This document shows positions 19,307-28,835 of a stretch of DNA of 64,000 bases, one piece after another. The notes under the pieces were generated by a model. That model did no database searches. It had not been told where the DNA came from and saw only the letters and a list, made by a program, of their open reading frames with translations. Positions within the stretch are counted from its first letter, which is position 1. Every line of letters starts with the position of its first letter. The DNA comes from an uncultured Desulfarculus sp. (GTDB lineage: Bacteria > Desulfobacterota > Desulfarculia > Desulfarculales > Desulfarculaceae), in assembly GCA_963665125.2 (NCBI GenBank), contig CAXXUK010000001.1, forward strand, positions 2,016,001-2,080,000, read 5' to 3'. The position numbers and the translations under genes are program-made.

Positions 19307-20017
19307 CTACTTAGCCTGCTTTTTCCTGGCGATCTCGGCATACTTGCGGGCCAATTCCCGGTATTGGTCCACGCTCAGCGGCGGGCGGTTGATGGCCGCC
19401 AGCAGGGCCGGGTTGATATCGCCCGTAGCGGCCTGCCGCCCGGCCTGGGCCAGCAACTCCAAATGCGGCTCCAACAGCGCCGGATCGATCTGTAGGCCGA
19501 TTGAACCGGGTATGCACATCTCGGCCTTGGCCTGGCAGTCGAAATTGCGGGCATTGGCCCGGAAAGTGGCGATCAGCGGCTCAAAGTTCACCGGCTCGGG
19601 AAAGCCGCAGGTGCTGATCAAATAAAAATCCCCAGGCAGATACCAGGTCATGGGATGGCGCACCCGGCCCAGATCGTCCACCTCGATATCCGGCCTGATG
19701 GCACAGGTGCAGCGGTCCAGCAGGGCCTTTAACTGGGCGCTCATGTTGTCGATATACACCGGAGCGCCCAGGACCAGCGCGTCCACCGCCTTTAATTGCT
19801 CGTATACGGCGTCCATATCGTCGCGCTGGATGCAGCGGCCCGGCTCCTTGTGCATGCAGTGCAGGCAGGCCCGGCACGGCGCGATGTCCAGGCCCTTGAC
19901 CTGAATCGTCTCCACCTCGGCCCCGCCGTTGATGAGTCCGCCGCAAAAGGCGTCGAGCATCCGCTGGGTCACGCCTTTTTTGCCCCTGGCGCTGCCGTTG
20001 ATAGCCAAAAACCGCAT
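19307..20017 (-). CDS. Flavodoxin-like iron-sulfur flavoprotein (Isf / FMN reductase family)
   Basis: 'INGSAR..G.T', 'CRACLHC.....GRCIQRDDM', 'GAPVY...MSAQLKALLDR'. Confidence 0.88.
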   Translation of the reverse strand: MRFLAINGSARGKKGVTQRMLDAFCGGLINGGAEVETIQVKGLDIAPCRACLHCMHKEPGRCIQRDDMDAVYEQLKAVDALVLGAPVYIDNMSAQLKALLDRCTCAIRPDIEVDDLGRVRHPMTWYLPGDFYLISTCGFPEPVNFEPLIATFRANARNFDCQAKAEMCIPGSIGLQIDPALLEPHLELLAQAGRQAATGDINPALLAAINRPPLSVDQYRELARKYAEIARKKQAK

Positions 20018-20136
20018 AGCAACCCTCCCGTATAAGCCGGACCAGCATAGCACAAGGCCGGTCACAGGCCAATTGCGCCCCCTGCCCGGCTAAGCTATAG
20101 TACCACCAACCGTATCTCTAGCCCGGATGGAGGCTT

Positions 20137-21594
20137 ATGTCCGCGCCGCTTAGCATGGGCCAATTTATCAAAGACCTGGAACGCATGGGCCAACTCAGAC
20201 GCATCAAGGACGAGGTGGACCCATACCTTGAAGTCACGGCCCTGACCGACCCGGTGATGAAACGCACCGGTCCGGCCCTGCTGTTTGAGAACGTCAAGGG
20301 CGGTAAATGCCCAATCGCCATCAACCTCTACGGCAGCCGGGAGCGCATGGCCCATGCCCTGGGCGTAGAGCGCATCGAGGACATCGGCGAGCGCATCCGG
20401 GCCATGATGGAGATGGAGATCCCCGACGGCCTGTGGGCCAAGGTAAAAAGCGCCATCCCCAAGCTCAAGCAGCTAGCCGCATTCAAGGCCAAAGAGGTCA
20501 AAAACGCCGCCTGCCAACAGGTCGTTTTGGAGGGCGAGGCCGCCAGCCTGGACATCCTGCCCATCCTCACCTGCTGGCCCGAGGACGGCGGCCCGTTCAT
20601 CACCCTGCCCCAGGTCATCACCGCCGACCCGGAGACCGGCCGCCAGAACATCGGCATGTACCGCATGCAAAAATACGACGCCCACACCACGGGCATGCAC
20701 TGGCATAGGCACAAGGGCGGCGCGGGGCATTACGAAAAGGCCAAGCGCCTGGGCCAGAAGCTCCCGCTGGCCGTGGCCATCGGCGGACCGCCGATAACCA
20801 CCTATACGGCCTGCGCGCCCCTGCCCGAGGCCGTGGATGAGTTGATGTTCTCCGGCTTCCTGTTGCAAAGCCCCTTGCAGGTGACCAAGGCCGTGTCCTG
20901 CGATCTATTGGTCCCCGCCGAGGCCGAGGTGGTCATCGAGGGCTACGTGGACCCGGCCGAGCCCTGGCGCACCGAGGGGCCCTTCGGCGACCACACGGGC
21001 TTCTACTCCCTGGCCGACGAATATCCGGTCTTTCACGTGACCCACATCACCCACCGCAAGGACTTCATCTACCCCTGCACCATCGTGGGCCGCCCGCCCA
21101 TGGAGGACTTCTACCTGGGCCTGGCCACCGAGCGCATCTTCCTGCCCCTGATGCAGGCCGTGGCCCCGGAGGTCGTCGACTATCACATGCCCGCCGAGGG
21201 CGTGTTCCACAACCTGGTTTTCGTGGCCATAGACAAGCAATATCCCGGACATGCCTTCAAGGTGATGAATACGCTGTGGGGCACGGGCCAGATGATGTTC
21301 GCCAAGGTGCTGGTCATCGTGGACAAGCACGTCAACGTGCAAGACCCCCAGGAGGCCTGGTGGGAGGCCCTGAACAACATCGACCCCCAGCGGGACATGC
21401 TCTTCACCAAGGGCCCGGCCGACGCCCTGGATCACGCGGCCCAGCTGCCGTGGCTGCACAGCAAGGTGGGCATCGACGGCACCCGCAAGACACCCGACGA
21501 AGGCTTCCACCGCCCCTGGCCCGGCCGGGTGGAGATGACCCCGGAGGTGCAAAAGGCGGCCATGGATAAGTTGAAAAAGTTGGGTTTGGTGTAA
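20137..21594 (+). CDS. mqnL: UbiD-family decarboxylase (menaquinone/futalosine pathway)
   Basis: 'GPALLFENVKG', 'NIGMYRMQ', 'EGPFGDHTGFY', 'GRPPMED', 'KVGIDGT'; near a UbiA-family gene. Confidence 0.88.
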   Translation: MSAPLSMGQFIKDLERMGQLRRIKDEVDPYLEVTALTDPVMKRTGPALLFENVKGGKCPIAINLYGSRERMAHALGVERIEDIGERIRAMMEMEIPDGLWAKVKSAIPKLKQLAAFKAKEVKNAACQQVVLEGEAASLDILPILTCWPEDGGPFITLPQVITADPETGRQNIGMYRMQKYDAHTTGMHWHRHKGGAGHYEKAKRLGQKLPLAVAIGGPPITTYTACAPLPEAVDELMFSGFLLQSPLQVTKAVSCDLLVPAEAEVVIEGYVDPAEPWRTEGPFGDHTGFYSLADEYPVFHVTHITHRKDFIYPCTIVGRPPMEDFYLGLATERIFLPLMQAVAPEVVDYHMPAEGVFHNLVFVAIDKQYPGHAFKVMNTLWGTGQMMFAKVLVIVDKHVNVQDPQEAWWEALNNIDPQRDMLFTKGPADALDHAAQLPWLHSKVGIDGTRKTPDEGFHRPWPGRVEMTPEVQKAAMDKLKKLGLV

Positions 21595-21624
21595 CCTTAA
21601 TGAATATAAGGAGAATGTAGCGCC

Positions 21625-22701
21625 ATGGCACAAAGCGATACATTAACCAGAATAATAGAACTAATTTATTTCGATTTCGACAAGGCCTCTTCCATCTACA
21701 GCCAATTCGAGGGAGGACTTATTGAACAAATTCAACAACAAACGGAGCGTTCCAACTCAGCAGAGGCCAAGGGCGGCATAGGTATACCCTTAGCGAAAAT
21801 AGGAGGCAACTTAGCAACGGTCGATAAAGCCGGTTCAATTACTATTAAGCGTATTCATCACGATCTTTTCTCAAAAGTCGAAAAAAAACTATCCGAAGGC
21901 AATTTCATATTTGACATCAATCGGTACAGCGAAGTTCCAACAAACATTGACGACGACCTATTTCCTGCAATGGATAAGTTTAGTTATATTAAAGCAACAG
22001 GTTGGAGCGTTTTTGAGGATTTCAATCAAATCAAACACAGAGTTGAAAACTATAACACTCTCGGTGAATTTATCACCCAATCTATGATAAATTCAAATGA
22101 TGAATCATCACAGGCCCAGGCCAATATAGAAGCTATGAAGCAAGCCGCCAAAAAGGAGAAAGATCGAAACAAAAGAAAAGTTTTGGAAAATGAAGTAAAA
22201 AAAGTAGAGACTATCATGAATAATGAAGCCAGCGAAATTAGAGAAAAACTCCAGGTTAAAGAATGGCTCCAAGAGGGACTAAAAAATATTATTGATGAAT
22301 TTTATCAAGACAAATTACATGTCAGAATATATCCTTGGGGCAACGAAAGCAGATTCCAAATTATTGCTAATTTAAAAAGAGATTGCTTCATTGACAGTAC
22401 AATAGATAATACATTTTTTTCTTATTCTTCTATACCTAGTATCCCTCTTTCTATTTTTGGTCTGGTAACAAATATTGCATCTAATAGCCCCTCAAAATTC
22501 TCTCCGTATGAAAATGATGTCGACTCGGAACATGAAATCCCTGGCGAGATCATGGACGCACTTTTCGAAGCACCAATGCGAAACATGTTTTCAGCACTTT
22601 CAAACGTTGAAAAATTATTTCTTTTCGGCAAATATCCTTCTATAACGATTCATCCGATTGCGGTTTACCGAGAAATAAGTTCGGTTTCTCAGACCCAATA
22701 G
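21625..22701 (+). CDS. AT-rich hypothetical protein, DUF6414-like
   Basis: N-terminal 'ELIYFDFDKASSIYSQFEGGL' and C-terminal 'PIAVYRE' resemble DUF6414; aggag RBS; composition strongly unlike the host. Confidence 0.7.
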   Translation: MAQSDTLTRIIELIYFDFDKASSIYSQFEGGLIEQIQQQTERSNSAEAKGGIGIPLAKIGGNLATVDKAGSITIKRIHHDLFSKVEKKLSEGNFIFDINRYSEVPTNIDDDLFPAMDKFSYIKATGWSVFEDFNQIKHRVENYNTLGEFITQSMINSNDESSQAQANIEAMKQAAKKEKDRNKRKVLENEVKKVETIMNNEASEIREKLQVKEWLQEGLKNIIDEFYQDKLHVRIYPWGNESRFQIIANLKRDCFIDSTIDNTFFSYSSIPSIPLSIFGLVTNIASNSPSKFSPYENDVDSEHEIPGEIMDALFEAPMRNMFSALSNVEKLFLFGKYPSITIHPIAVYREISSVSQTQ

Positions 22702-22733
22702 ACACTATTTTCATCCTGCGGAATTAAACGTTA

Positions 22734-23600
22734 ATGCCCCAACTAATCGTGAGAATCAAATCATTCGGCGAACTGGTCAAGTTCAGCCACACGATATTCC
22801 TGTTCCCCTTTGCCATGGCCGCCGTGGTCCTGGCCGCCGGGGAGATACGCCTCACCTGGTGGGCCGGGCTGTGGATCGTGGTGGCCCTGGTCAGCGCCCG
22901 TAGCGCGGCCATGGTCATGAACCGCATCGCCGACCTGCGTTATGACGCGGCCAACCCCCGCACGGCCCAGCGTTCCCTGGTCACCGGCGCTGTGACCAAA
23001 ACCCAGGCCTGGCTCTATCTGGCGGCGGCCTGCGGGGTGTTTGTCGTGGCAGCGTGGATGCTCTCGCCCACCTGCCTGGCCCTGTCGCCGGTGGCCCTGG
23101 CTTGGGTCTTGAGCTACAGCTTTACCAAGCGCTTTACGTTCCTGTGCCACGTCTGGCTGGGCATTGCCACGGCCCTGGCCCCGGTGGGCGCCTGGGTGGC
23201 CGTAACCGGCTATATTGATTGGCGCATTGTCTTGTTCGGCATCGGCGCGGCCTGCTGGGTGGCCGGTTTTGACGTGATCTACGCCTGCCAGGACATCGAC
23301 TTCGACCGCTCCCAGGGCCTGCACTCCCTGCCCGCCCGTTTGGGCCTGGAGGGCTCGCTGTGGGTCAGCCGGGGCATGCACCTGGTCTCGGCCGGTGTTT
23401 TTTTCGGTCTTGCCCCCATGTATTCTCTGGGTAAAGTATATGTCTGGGGCGCGTGCCTGGTGGCCGCCCTGCTGGTGCTGGAGCACATATTGGTCGCCGT
23501 GAAACGGGCTAATATCCCCATGGCCTTCTTCACGGTCAACGGTGTGGTATCCATCGTGTTTTTCCTTTTCATCCTGGCAGACCGCCTGCTGGAGGGTTGA
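22734..23600 (+). CDS. mqnP: UbiA-family prenyltransferase (menaquinone pathway)
   Basis: 'KFSHTIF', 'ARSAAMVMNRIADLRYDAANPRT', 'YSFTKRFT', 'FDVIYACQDIDFD'. Confidence 0.88.
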   Translation: MPQLIVRIKSFGELVKFSHTIFLFPFAMAAVVLAAGEIRLTWWAGLWIVVALVSARSAAMVMNRIADLRYDAANPRTAQRSLVTGAVTKTQAWLYLAAACGVFVVAAWMLSPTCLALSPVALAWVLSYSFTKRFTFLCHVWLGIATALAPVGAWVAVTGYIDWRIVLFGIGAACWVAGFDVIYACQDIDFDRSQGLHSLPARLGLEGSLWVSRGMHLVSAGVFFGLAPMYSLGKVYVWGACLVAALLVLEHILVAVKRANIPMAFFTVNGVVSIVFFLFILADRLLEG

Positions 23601-23601
23601 G

Positions 23602-24243
23602 TTGGAACATCTTGAGGCAGACCTTCGTTTCCTGGGCGTGCTGGAAAAAGCCGTGGAGATCACCCGGGACCTCGGCCCCGATGCGGCCGTGCGCTACGTG
23701 CGCCACTCCTACCACCTGCTGTGCAAGGTCTATCACCCGGACCTGCACCAAAACGCCAGCAACGCCGCCGAGGAAGGCCAGCGCAGGCTCAACCAGATCA
23801 AGGGCCGCCTGGACGAGACCGACGACATCGACCTGGCCGCTTTTCTGGGCGGCAAATGCCAAAGCAACGGCGGCCACCCCAGGGTGCTCATTGTCGAAGA
23901 CGAGGACGGCCTGAAAAACAACCTGGCCGAGCTGCTGCGCCTGGAGGGCTATCACGTATCAACCGCGCCCAACGGCGTGCGGGGCCTCAAGGAGCACCTG
24001 GTGTTCCGGCCCGAGTTGGTCATCACCGACGTGGTCATGCCGATCATGGACGGCGTGGAGATGGTGCGCCAGCTCCGGGAGCGCGAGCCCCAGCTCAAGG
24101 CCATCTTTATCAGCGGGTTTTTCGGCACCCGGGCCGTGCGCTCCGAGCTGCGGGCCGAGATCGAAAAATTCGGCTATCCGGCCATAAGCAAGCCCTTCCG
24201 TCCGTCCCAGCTTCTGGAGGCCGTGCGTCAAATCCTGGCCTGA
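23602..24243 (+). CDS. Response-regulator receiver protein with N-terminal J-domain-like segment
   Basis: TTG start after ggagg; 'YHLLCKVYHPD' followed by REC 'VLIVEDE...ITDVVMP.MDG...ISG...KPF'. Confidence 0.8.
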   Translation: MEHLEADLRFLGVLEKAVEITRDLGPDAAVRYVRHSYHLLCKVYHPDLHQNASNAAEEGQRRLNQIKGRLDETDDIDLAAFLGGKCQSNGGHPRVLIVEDEDGLKNNLAELLRLEGYHVSTAPNGVRGLKEHLVFRPELVITDVVMPIMDGVEMVRQLREREPQLKAIFISGFFGTRAVRSELRAEIEKFGYPAISKPFRPSQLLEAVRQILA

Positions 24244-24303
24244 CCGTGGCAATTCCCACCACACGACTTACATTACTAATAAGTAAGCATGTGGAGGACA
24301 ACC

Positions 24304-25023
24304 ATGGCCCCGGACAACACGCAAAACAACGCCAAGACCCGTCGCTGGTTCGTGAAATCCCTTGCCGTGATGGCGGCCGTTGCCGCCGCGCCCAAGGCGG
24401 CTTGGGCCTTTTTCATGTCCTGGTTCCCGGTGCGCACGGTGGAGATAGAGGACTTCGGCTTTGATCCGGCAACGGGCAACATCAAGCTCAAGGGCAAGGA
24501 CCAAAGGCCATACAGGCTGCAAATCAACGGCCTGGTGGAACGGCCCGCAAGCCTAAGTTGGGCCGAGATCAACGCCCTGCCCCAGGATGAACAGGTCTCG
24601 GATTTTCACTGCGTGGAGGGCTGGTCCGTGGCCGATGTGCGCTGGGGCGGCCTGCGCATGCGACAGATCGTCGATCTGGCGAAGCCCAAGCCCGAGGCCA
24701 GGTACGTGGTGTTTCATTCCCTGGGCAAGACCAGGGGCGCGCCCGGCGGGTTTGATCACTACGTCGAGTCGTTTCCCCTGGAGGCCACCCTGGACCCGGA
24801 GCGGCGCTTCATCCTGGCCATCCGCCACGACGGCGAATACCTGAGCCACGCCCACGGCGCGCCCCTGCGGGTCATCTCGCCGTTTGACCTGGCCTACAAG
24901 AGCGCCAAATACGTCGAGCGCATCGAGTTCAGCGACAAGCCCCAGCCGGGCTGGTGGACCATGGCCAACCCCATCTACCCTATCGACGCCCCGGTGCCCG
25001 ATCGAAGGCTCCGCAAAAACTAG
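24304..25023 (+). CDS. Tat-exported molybdopterin oxidoreductase (sulfite oxidase/MsrP-like family)
   Basis: Twin-Arg 'TRRWFVK', Mo-ligand 'DFHCVEGWS', 'HGAPLR', 'YKSAKY'. Confidence 0.85.
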   Translation: MAPDNTQNNAKTRRWFVKSLAVMAAVAAAPKAAWAFFMSWFPVRTVEIEDFGFDPATGNIKLKGKDQRPYRLQINGLVERPASLSWAEINALPQDEQVSDFHCVEGWSVADVRWGGLRMRQIVDLAKPKPEARYVVFHSLGKTRGAPGGFDHYVESFPLEATLDPERRFILAIRHDGEYLSHAHGAPLRVISPFDLAYKSAKYVERIEFSDKPQPGWWTMANPIYPIDAPVPDRRLRKN

Positions 25024-25098
25024 GCAGCCAAATGCTTGCGGCAAAGGCGGCAATGGCCCCATACTGCGGTTAATCCACCATTTCAAGCGGAGCAAGCC

Positions 25099-25668
25099 AT
25101 GCGCCTGATCATCGCGGTTGTTGCCGCCGCAATCATGTCATTGCCCATCAGCGCCCCCTGCGCCGACCAGCAGGCATTGCAGAATGAGGGTAAACAGGTC
25201 ATCAGCCAATTTTTCTCCAAGCTGGTGTCCGAACTGCGCAAGGGCATGAAGGCCGGCGGTCCGGTCAACGCCATTGCCGTTTGCAAGGTGGAGGCCCCCA
25301 AGATCGCCTCCGATGTCTCGGCGGCAACCGGCTGGCAGGTGGGCCGCACCAGCCTTAGGCTGCGCAACCCGGCCAACAAGCCCGACCAGTGGGAACAGGC
25401 CGTGTTGGAGAAATTCCAGGCCAGAGCCGATGCCGGTGAAAAACCGAAGGATATGGTCTACTCCGAAATCATCGAGACGAACGGCCACAAGGTCTTCCGC
25501 ATGATGAAGGCCATCCCCACCGGAGGTGTCTGCCTGAACTGCCACGGCAACGCCGTCAAACCTGAGGTTGCGGCCAGGCTGGCAGAGCTGTACCCCCAGG
25601 ACCGGGCCACCGGCTTCGCGATTGGCCAGCTTCGCGGCGCCTTCACCCTAACCAAACAGATACAGTAG
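25099..25668 (+). CDS. DUF3365 / Tll0287-like periplasmic monoheme cytochrome c
   Basis: Signal peptide, 'RTSLRLRNPANKPD.WE', CxxCH 'CLNCH', 'YPQDRATGF..G.LRGAF'. Confidence 0.85.
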   Translation: MRLIIAVVAAAIMSLPISAPCADQQALQNEGKQVISQFFSKLVSELRKGMKAGGPVNAIAVCKVEAPKIASDVSAATGWQVGRTSLRLRNPANKPDQWEQAVLEKFQARADAGEKPKDMVYSEIIETNGHKVFRMMKAIPTGGVCLNCHGNAVKPEVAARLAELYPQDRATGFAIGQLRGAFTLTKQIQ

Positions 25669-25833
25669 AAAACCCAGTGTTTTTAGGCTTAATCTTTTAG
25701 ACTGACCGGCATTTTCCGAACGACTGTTTGGTCATCGTCAATATCTTTGATTTTCTTGACTTTTTTATTTTTTTTCACCAAACTGCAACAAAAATTATTG
25801 ACACTGTAAATAGTATTCAAATATATTTTTCGG

Positions 25834-25851
25834 TGACTGTACGTTCAGTCA
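25834..25851. promoter_or_regulatory. Putative TetR operator TGACTG-N6-CAGTCA downstream of a TTGACA-18-TATATT promoter (25798-25827)
   Basis: Perfect 6-bp-arm palindrome 12 bp upstream of the tetR start. Confidence 0.65.
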
Positions 25852-25863
25852 TTAACCGAGGAC

Positions 25864-26526
25864 ATGGTCATGCCAAAGGAAACATTTAAAAATATCTCCG
25901 AAGAAAAGCGCCAAAGATTTATTCGTGAGGCCACCTCTCTATTCGCTGAAAAAGGCTACTACGGCACCGACATGGGCGAACTGGCCCGCCGAGCGGGCGT
26001 GTCCAAAGGCTCCATATACAACTATTTCGACAGCAAGGAAGACCTGTTCCTCTACCTGAGCGACTACAACCTGGGGCTATCGCGCAAGGCCATCTACGGC
26101 ACCCTGGACCCCGACTGGGACATCTACAAACAAATCGAGCACATTTTCCAGACCGGCGCTGAGTTCATCCTGGACAACCAGGACACCATGGTCGTCTACC
26201 TGAGCATGACCTCGCCGGGCATGGAGCAATTCGCCAACGCCAGGGCCGTGATCACCGAAAAATTCACCGCCGATCACCTCAAGCGGGAATTGGCCAAGGG
26301 TATCGAACAGGGCATCGTCCGGGCCGACCTGGACATCAACATGACGGCCTTTATCATCAACGGCCTCTATATACTTTTCGTCGCCTCGTTATCGACCGCC
26401 TATTTCCGCATCCGCCTGAAGGAGTATCTGGAGATGGACGAAGAGATCAACAGCGACAATATCCAGCAGCACCAGGCGAAAATAATAGAACATATTCATA
26501 AAATGCTACGGCCGCCAAAGGGATAG
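25864..26526 (+). CDS. TetR/AcrR family regulator
   Basis: 'LFAEKGYYGTDMGELARRAGVSKGSIYNYFDSKEDLF'. Confidence 0.93.
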   Translation: MVMPKETFKNISEEKRQRFIREATSLFAEKGYYGTDMGELARRAGVSKGSIYNYFDSKEDLFLYLSDYNLGLSRKAIYGTLDPDWDIYKQIEHIFQTGAEFILDNQDTMVVYLSMTSPGMEQFANARAVITEKFTADHLKRELAKGIEQGIVRADLDINMTAFIINGLYILFVASLSTAYFRIRLKEYLEMDEEINSDNIQQHQAKIIEHIHKMLRPPKG

Positions 26527-26553
26527 CGGGCCGGGCATCCAGCGGAGGATGAA

Positions 26554-27390
26554 GTGTATCCAGACATGAAGGGCCAAACAGCGCTGATCACCGGCGCGGG
26601 CAAGAAAACCGGCATAGGCTTTGCCATGGCTGAAAAAGCCGCCCAAAACGGAGCCAACGTGGTCATCACCGACCTGGGCGGCGGCGGCGAGGAAATAGCG
26701 GGCATCAAAACCGGCAGCCGCTCAGAGATGGACATCATCGCCGCTGAACTGGCCGAGAAATACGGCGTGCAAACCCTGGCCCTGAACATGGACGTCTGCG
26801 ATACGGCTTCCATCGAAGCGGCCGTCGCCGCGGTCAAGGACAAATTCGGCCGCCTTGACATGCTGTTCAACAATGCCGGGGCCGTTATCGGCGCTCCCCA
26901 GGTGGCGCATAAATACGACGAAGGCGCCTGGATCAAGACCATCGACATCTGCCTGCACGGCGTGTTCCGCGTTTCCAAGGCCTTTGTGCCGATCATGCAG
27001 GGCGCTCCGGCGGCCATCGTCAATGTGGCCTCCCGGGCGGCCAAACGCCCGCCCCTGTTCAACGCGGCCTATGGCGTGGCCAAGGCCGGCGTGATGATGC
27101 TGACCAAGGTCATGGCCATGGAGCTTGGTGGGGAAAAAATCCGCGTCAACGCCATTTGTCCGGGCCTGATCATGACCGACATGCAGGTCCAGCGCATCCA
27201 GATGGAAGCCGACGTTTTCGGCACCACCTTTGAAGAAGCCGAAGCCAAACTGGCCCAGCAGGTGCCTTTGGGCTACATCGGCAAACCGTCCGAAGTCGCC
27301 GATTTGGCGTTTTACCTTGCATCCAGCGAGTCGTCCTACATCACGGGCCAAGCCTTCAACGTGGGCGGCGGAATCACCATGGAACTGTAG
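26554..27390 (+). CDS. SDR family oxidoreductase
   Basis: 'TGAGKKTGIG', 'NNAG', YxxxK 'YGVAK', 'VNAICPG', 'YITGQ'. Confidence 0.93.
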   Translation: MYPDMKGQTALITGAGKKTGIGFAMAEKAAQNGANVVITDLGGGGEEIAGIKTGSRSEMDIIAAELAEKYGVQTLALNMDVCDTASIEAAVAAVKDKFGRLDMLFNNAGAVIGAPQVAHKYDEGAWIKTIDICLHGVFRVSKAFVPIMQGAPAAIVNVASRAAKRPPLFNAAYGVAKAGVMMLTKVMAMELGGEKIRVNAICPGLIMTDMQVQRIQMEADVFGTTFEEAEAKLAQQVPLGYIGKPSEVADLAFYLASSESSYITGQAFNVGGGITMEL

Positions 27391-27396
27391 CCAATC

Positions 27397-27426
27397 GAAA
27401 GAGCCGCCGAGGCTCTTTCTTTTTTT
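27397..27426 (+). terminator. Intrinsic terminator
   Basis: gaaagagcc-gccga-ggctctttc followed by a T tract. Confidence 0.75.
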
Positions 27427-27488
27427 AAAGCGTTCCGATGTTTCATGACGCGGGTGGGGAGCCGCGCGAGTGTCCGCCGAAGGGAGAG

Positions 27489-28829
27489 ATGACCATGAGC
27501 CAAGCCAAGGCCAATGACGGCTACTTGATGTCCAAAGGCTATTCGTATTACGTTTTCGGCCTGTTGTTTCTGCTTTATCTGTTCGACTACATCGACCGCC
27601 AGGTGGTCGTGGCCCTGTTTCCCTATTTGAAAGCCCCCATTGAAAAGGGTGGATGGGCCCTGACCAACGCCGAGTGCGGAATGCTGATCACCGCCGTGTA
27701 TTGGTCGATCCTGATCTGCACCTTCCCCATATCCATCGTAGTGGACCGCTGGAGCCGTAAAAAGAGCATCGGCATCATGGCTTCCATTTGGGGTCTGGCC
27801 ACCCTGGCCTGCGCCTTTACCAAAAATTTCACCCAGCTTTTCGCCACGCGCACGGTGATCGGCGTTGGCGAGGCAGGATACGCCCCCGGCGGCACGGCTA
27901 TGATCTCGGCCATATTCCCCCAGCGCATCCGCTCGATCATGGTGGGCGTCTGGAACGCCTCCATTCCCTTGGGCATGGCCGCGGGCATCGTCCTGGGCGG
28001 CCTGGTGGCCGAGGCCTTTGGCTGGCGGCACGCCTTCGGCATCGTGGCCATCCCTGGTCTGCTGGTGGCCCTGGCCTTCTTCTTTGTCAAGGACTACAAG
28101 ACAGTGGATCTTTCGGCTGAAGACCTGCACCCCGAGGCCGCTTTGGGCGCCCAGACCAAGGCCGTCGTCAAAAAGATGAAGTTGCTAGACTTGGTCAAGG
28201 AATTCACCCGCACGCCATCACTGATCCTTACCTACTTCGGCTTTGCCGGGATGATGTTCCTTTCCACCTCCTATGTGGCTTTCCTGCCGACGTATTTCAA
28301 CGAAATCTGGGCCGTTGAGCACACCAAGGCCAACTTGATGACCAGCGGCATCCTGATCACGGCCATCTTCGGTTCTCCCCTGGGCGGTTTCCTGGCCGAC
28401 CGCTGGATGAAGCGCAACGTCAGGGCACGCCTTTTAGTGCCGGCCATCACCGCATTTGTCACCGCGGCGTTGTATTATTTTTCCTTCGCTCACATGTCGG
28501 TGGGCACCCTGCAATATATTGTCTTTGTCATCGCCGGCTTGTGCAGCATCATGTTCGCCTCGTCGGCCATCGCCGTCACCCAGGACGTCATTCACCCGGG
28601 TCTGCGGGCCATCTCTTACGCCCTTTGCGTAATCATCCAGCACATGTTCGGCAGCGCCATCGGAGCGGCCGTCACCGGTTACATGGCCGACGTCAAAGGT
28701 ATCGTCATGGCCATGTCCACGGTTCCCGTTGTTTCGCTTACTTCGGGCGTGCTGTTCCTAATCGCCTCTAGGTTCTATCCCCGCGATCTCGAAAAGGTCG
28801 CCAAGGTCCAGATCGAGTTGGAGGACTAA
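27489..28829 (+). CDS. MFS transporter (spinster/anion-cation symporter-like)
   Basis: 'FDYIDRQ', 'DRWSRK', 'R..IGVGEAG', ~12 TM segments. Confidence 0.9.
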   Translation: MTMSQAKANDGYLMSKGYSYYVFGLLFLLYLFDYIDRQVVVALFPYLKAPIEKGGWALTNAECGMLITAVYWSILICTFPISIVVDRWSRKKSIGIMASIWGLATLACAFTKNFTQLFATRTVIGVGEAGYAPGGTAMISAIFPQRIRSIMVGVWNASIPLGMAAGIVLGGLVAEAFGWRHAFGIVAIPGLLVALAFFFVKDYKTVDLSAEDLHPEAALGAQTKAVVKKMKLLDLVKEFTRTPSLILTYFGFAGMMFLSTSYVAFLPTYFNEIWAVEHTKANLMTSGILITAIFGSPLGGFLADRWMKRNVRARLLVPAITAFVTAALYYFSFAHMSVGTLQYIVFVIAGLCSIMFASSAIAVTQDVIHPGLRAISYALCVIIQHMFGSAIGAAVTGYMADVKGIVMAMSTVPVVSLTSGVLFLIASRFYPRDLEKVAKVQIELED

Positions 28830-28835
28830 GCGGCC

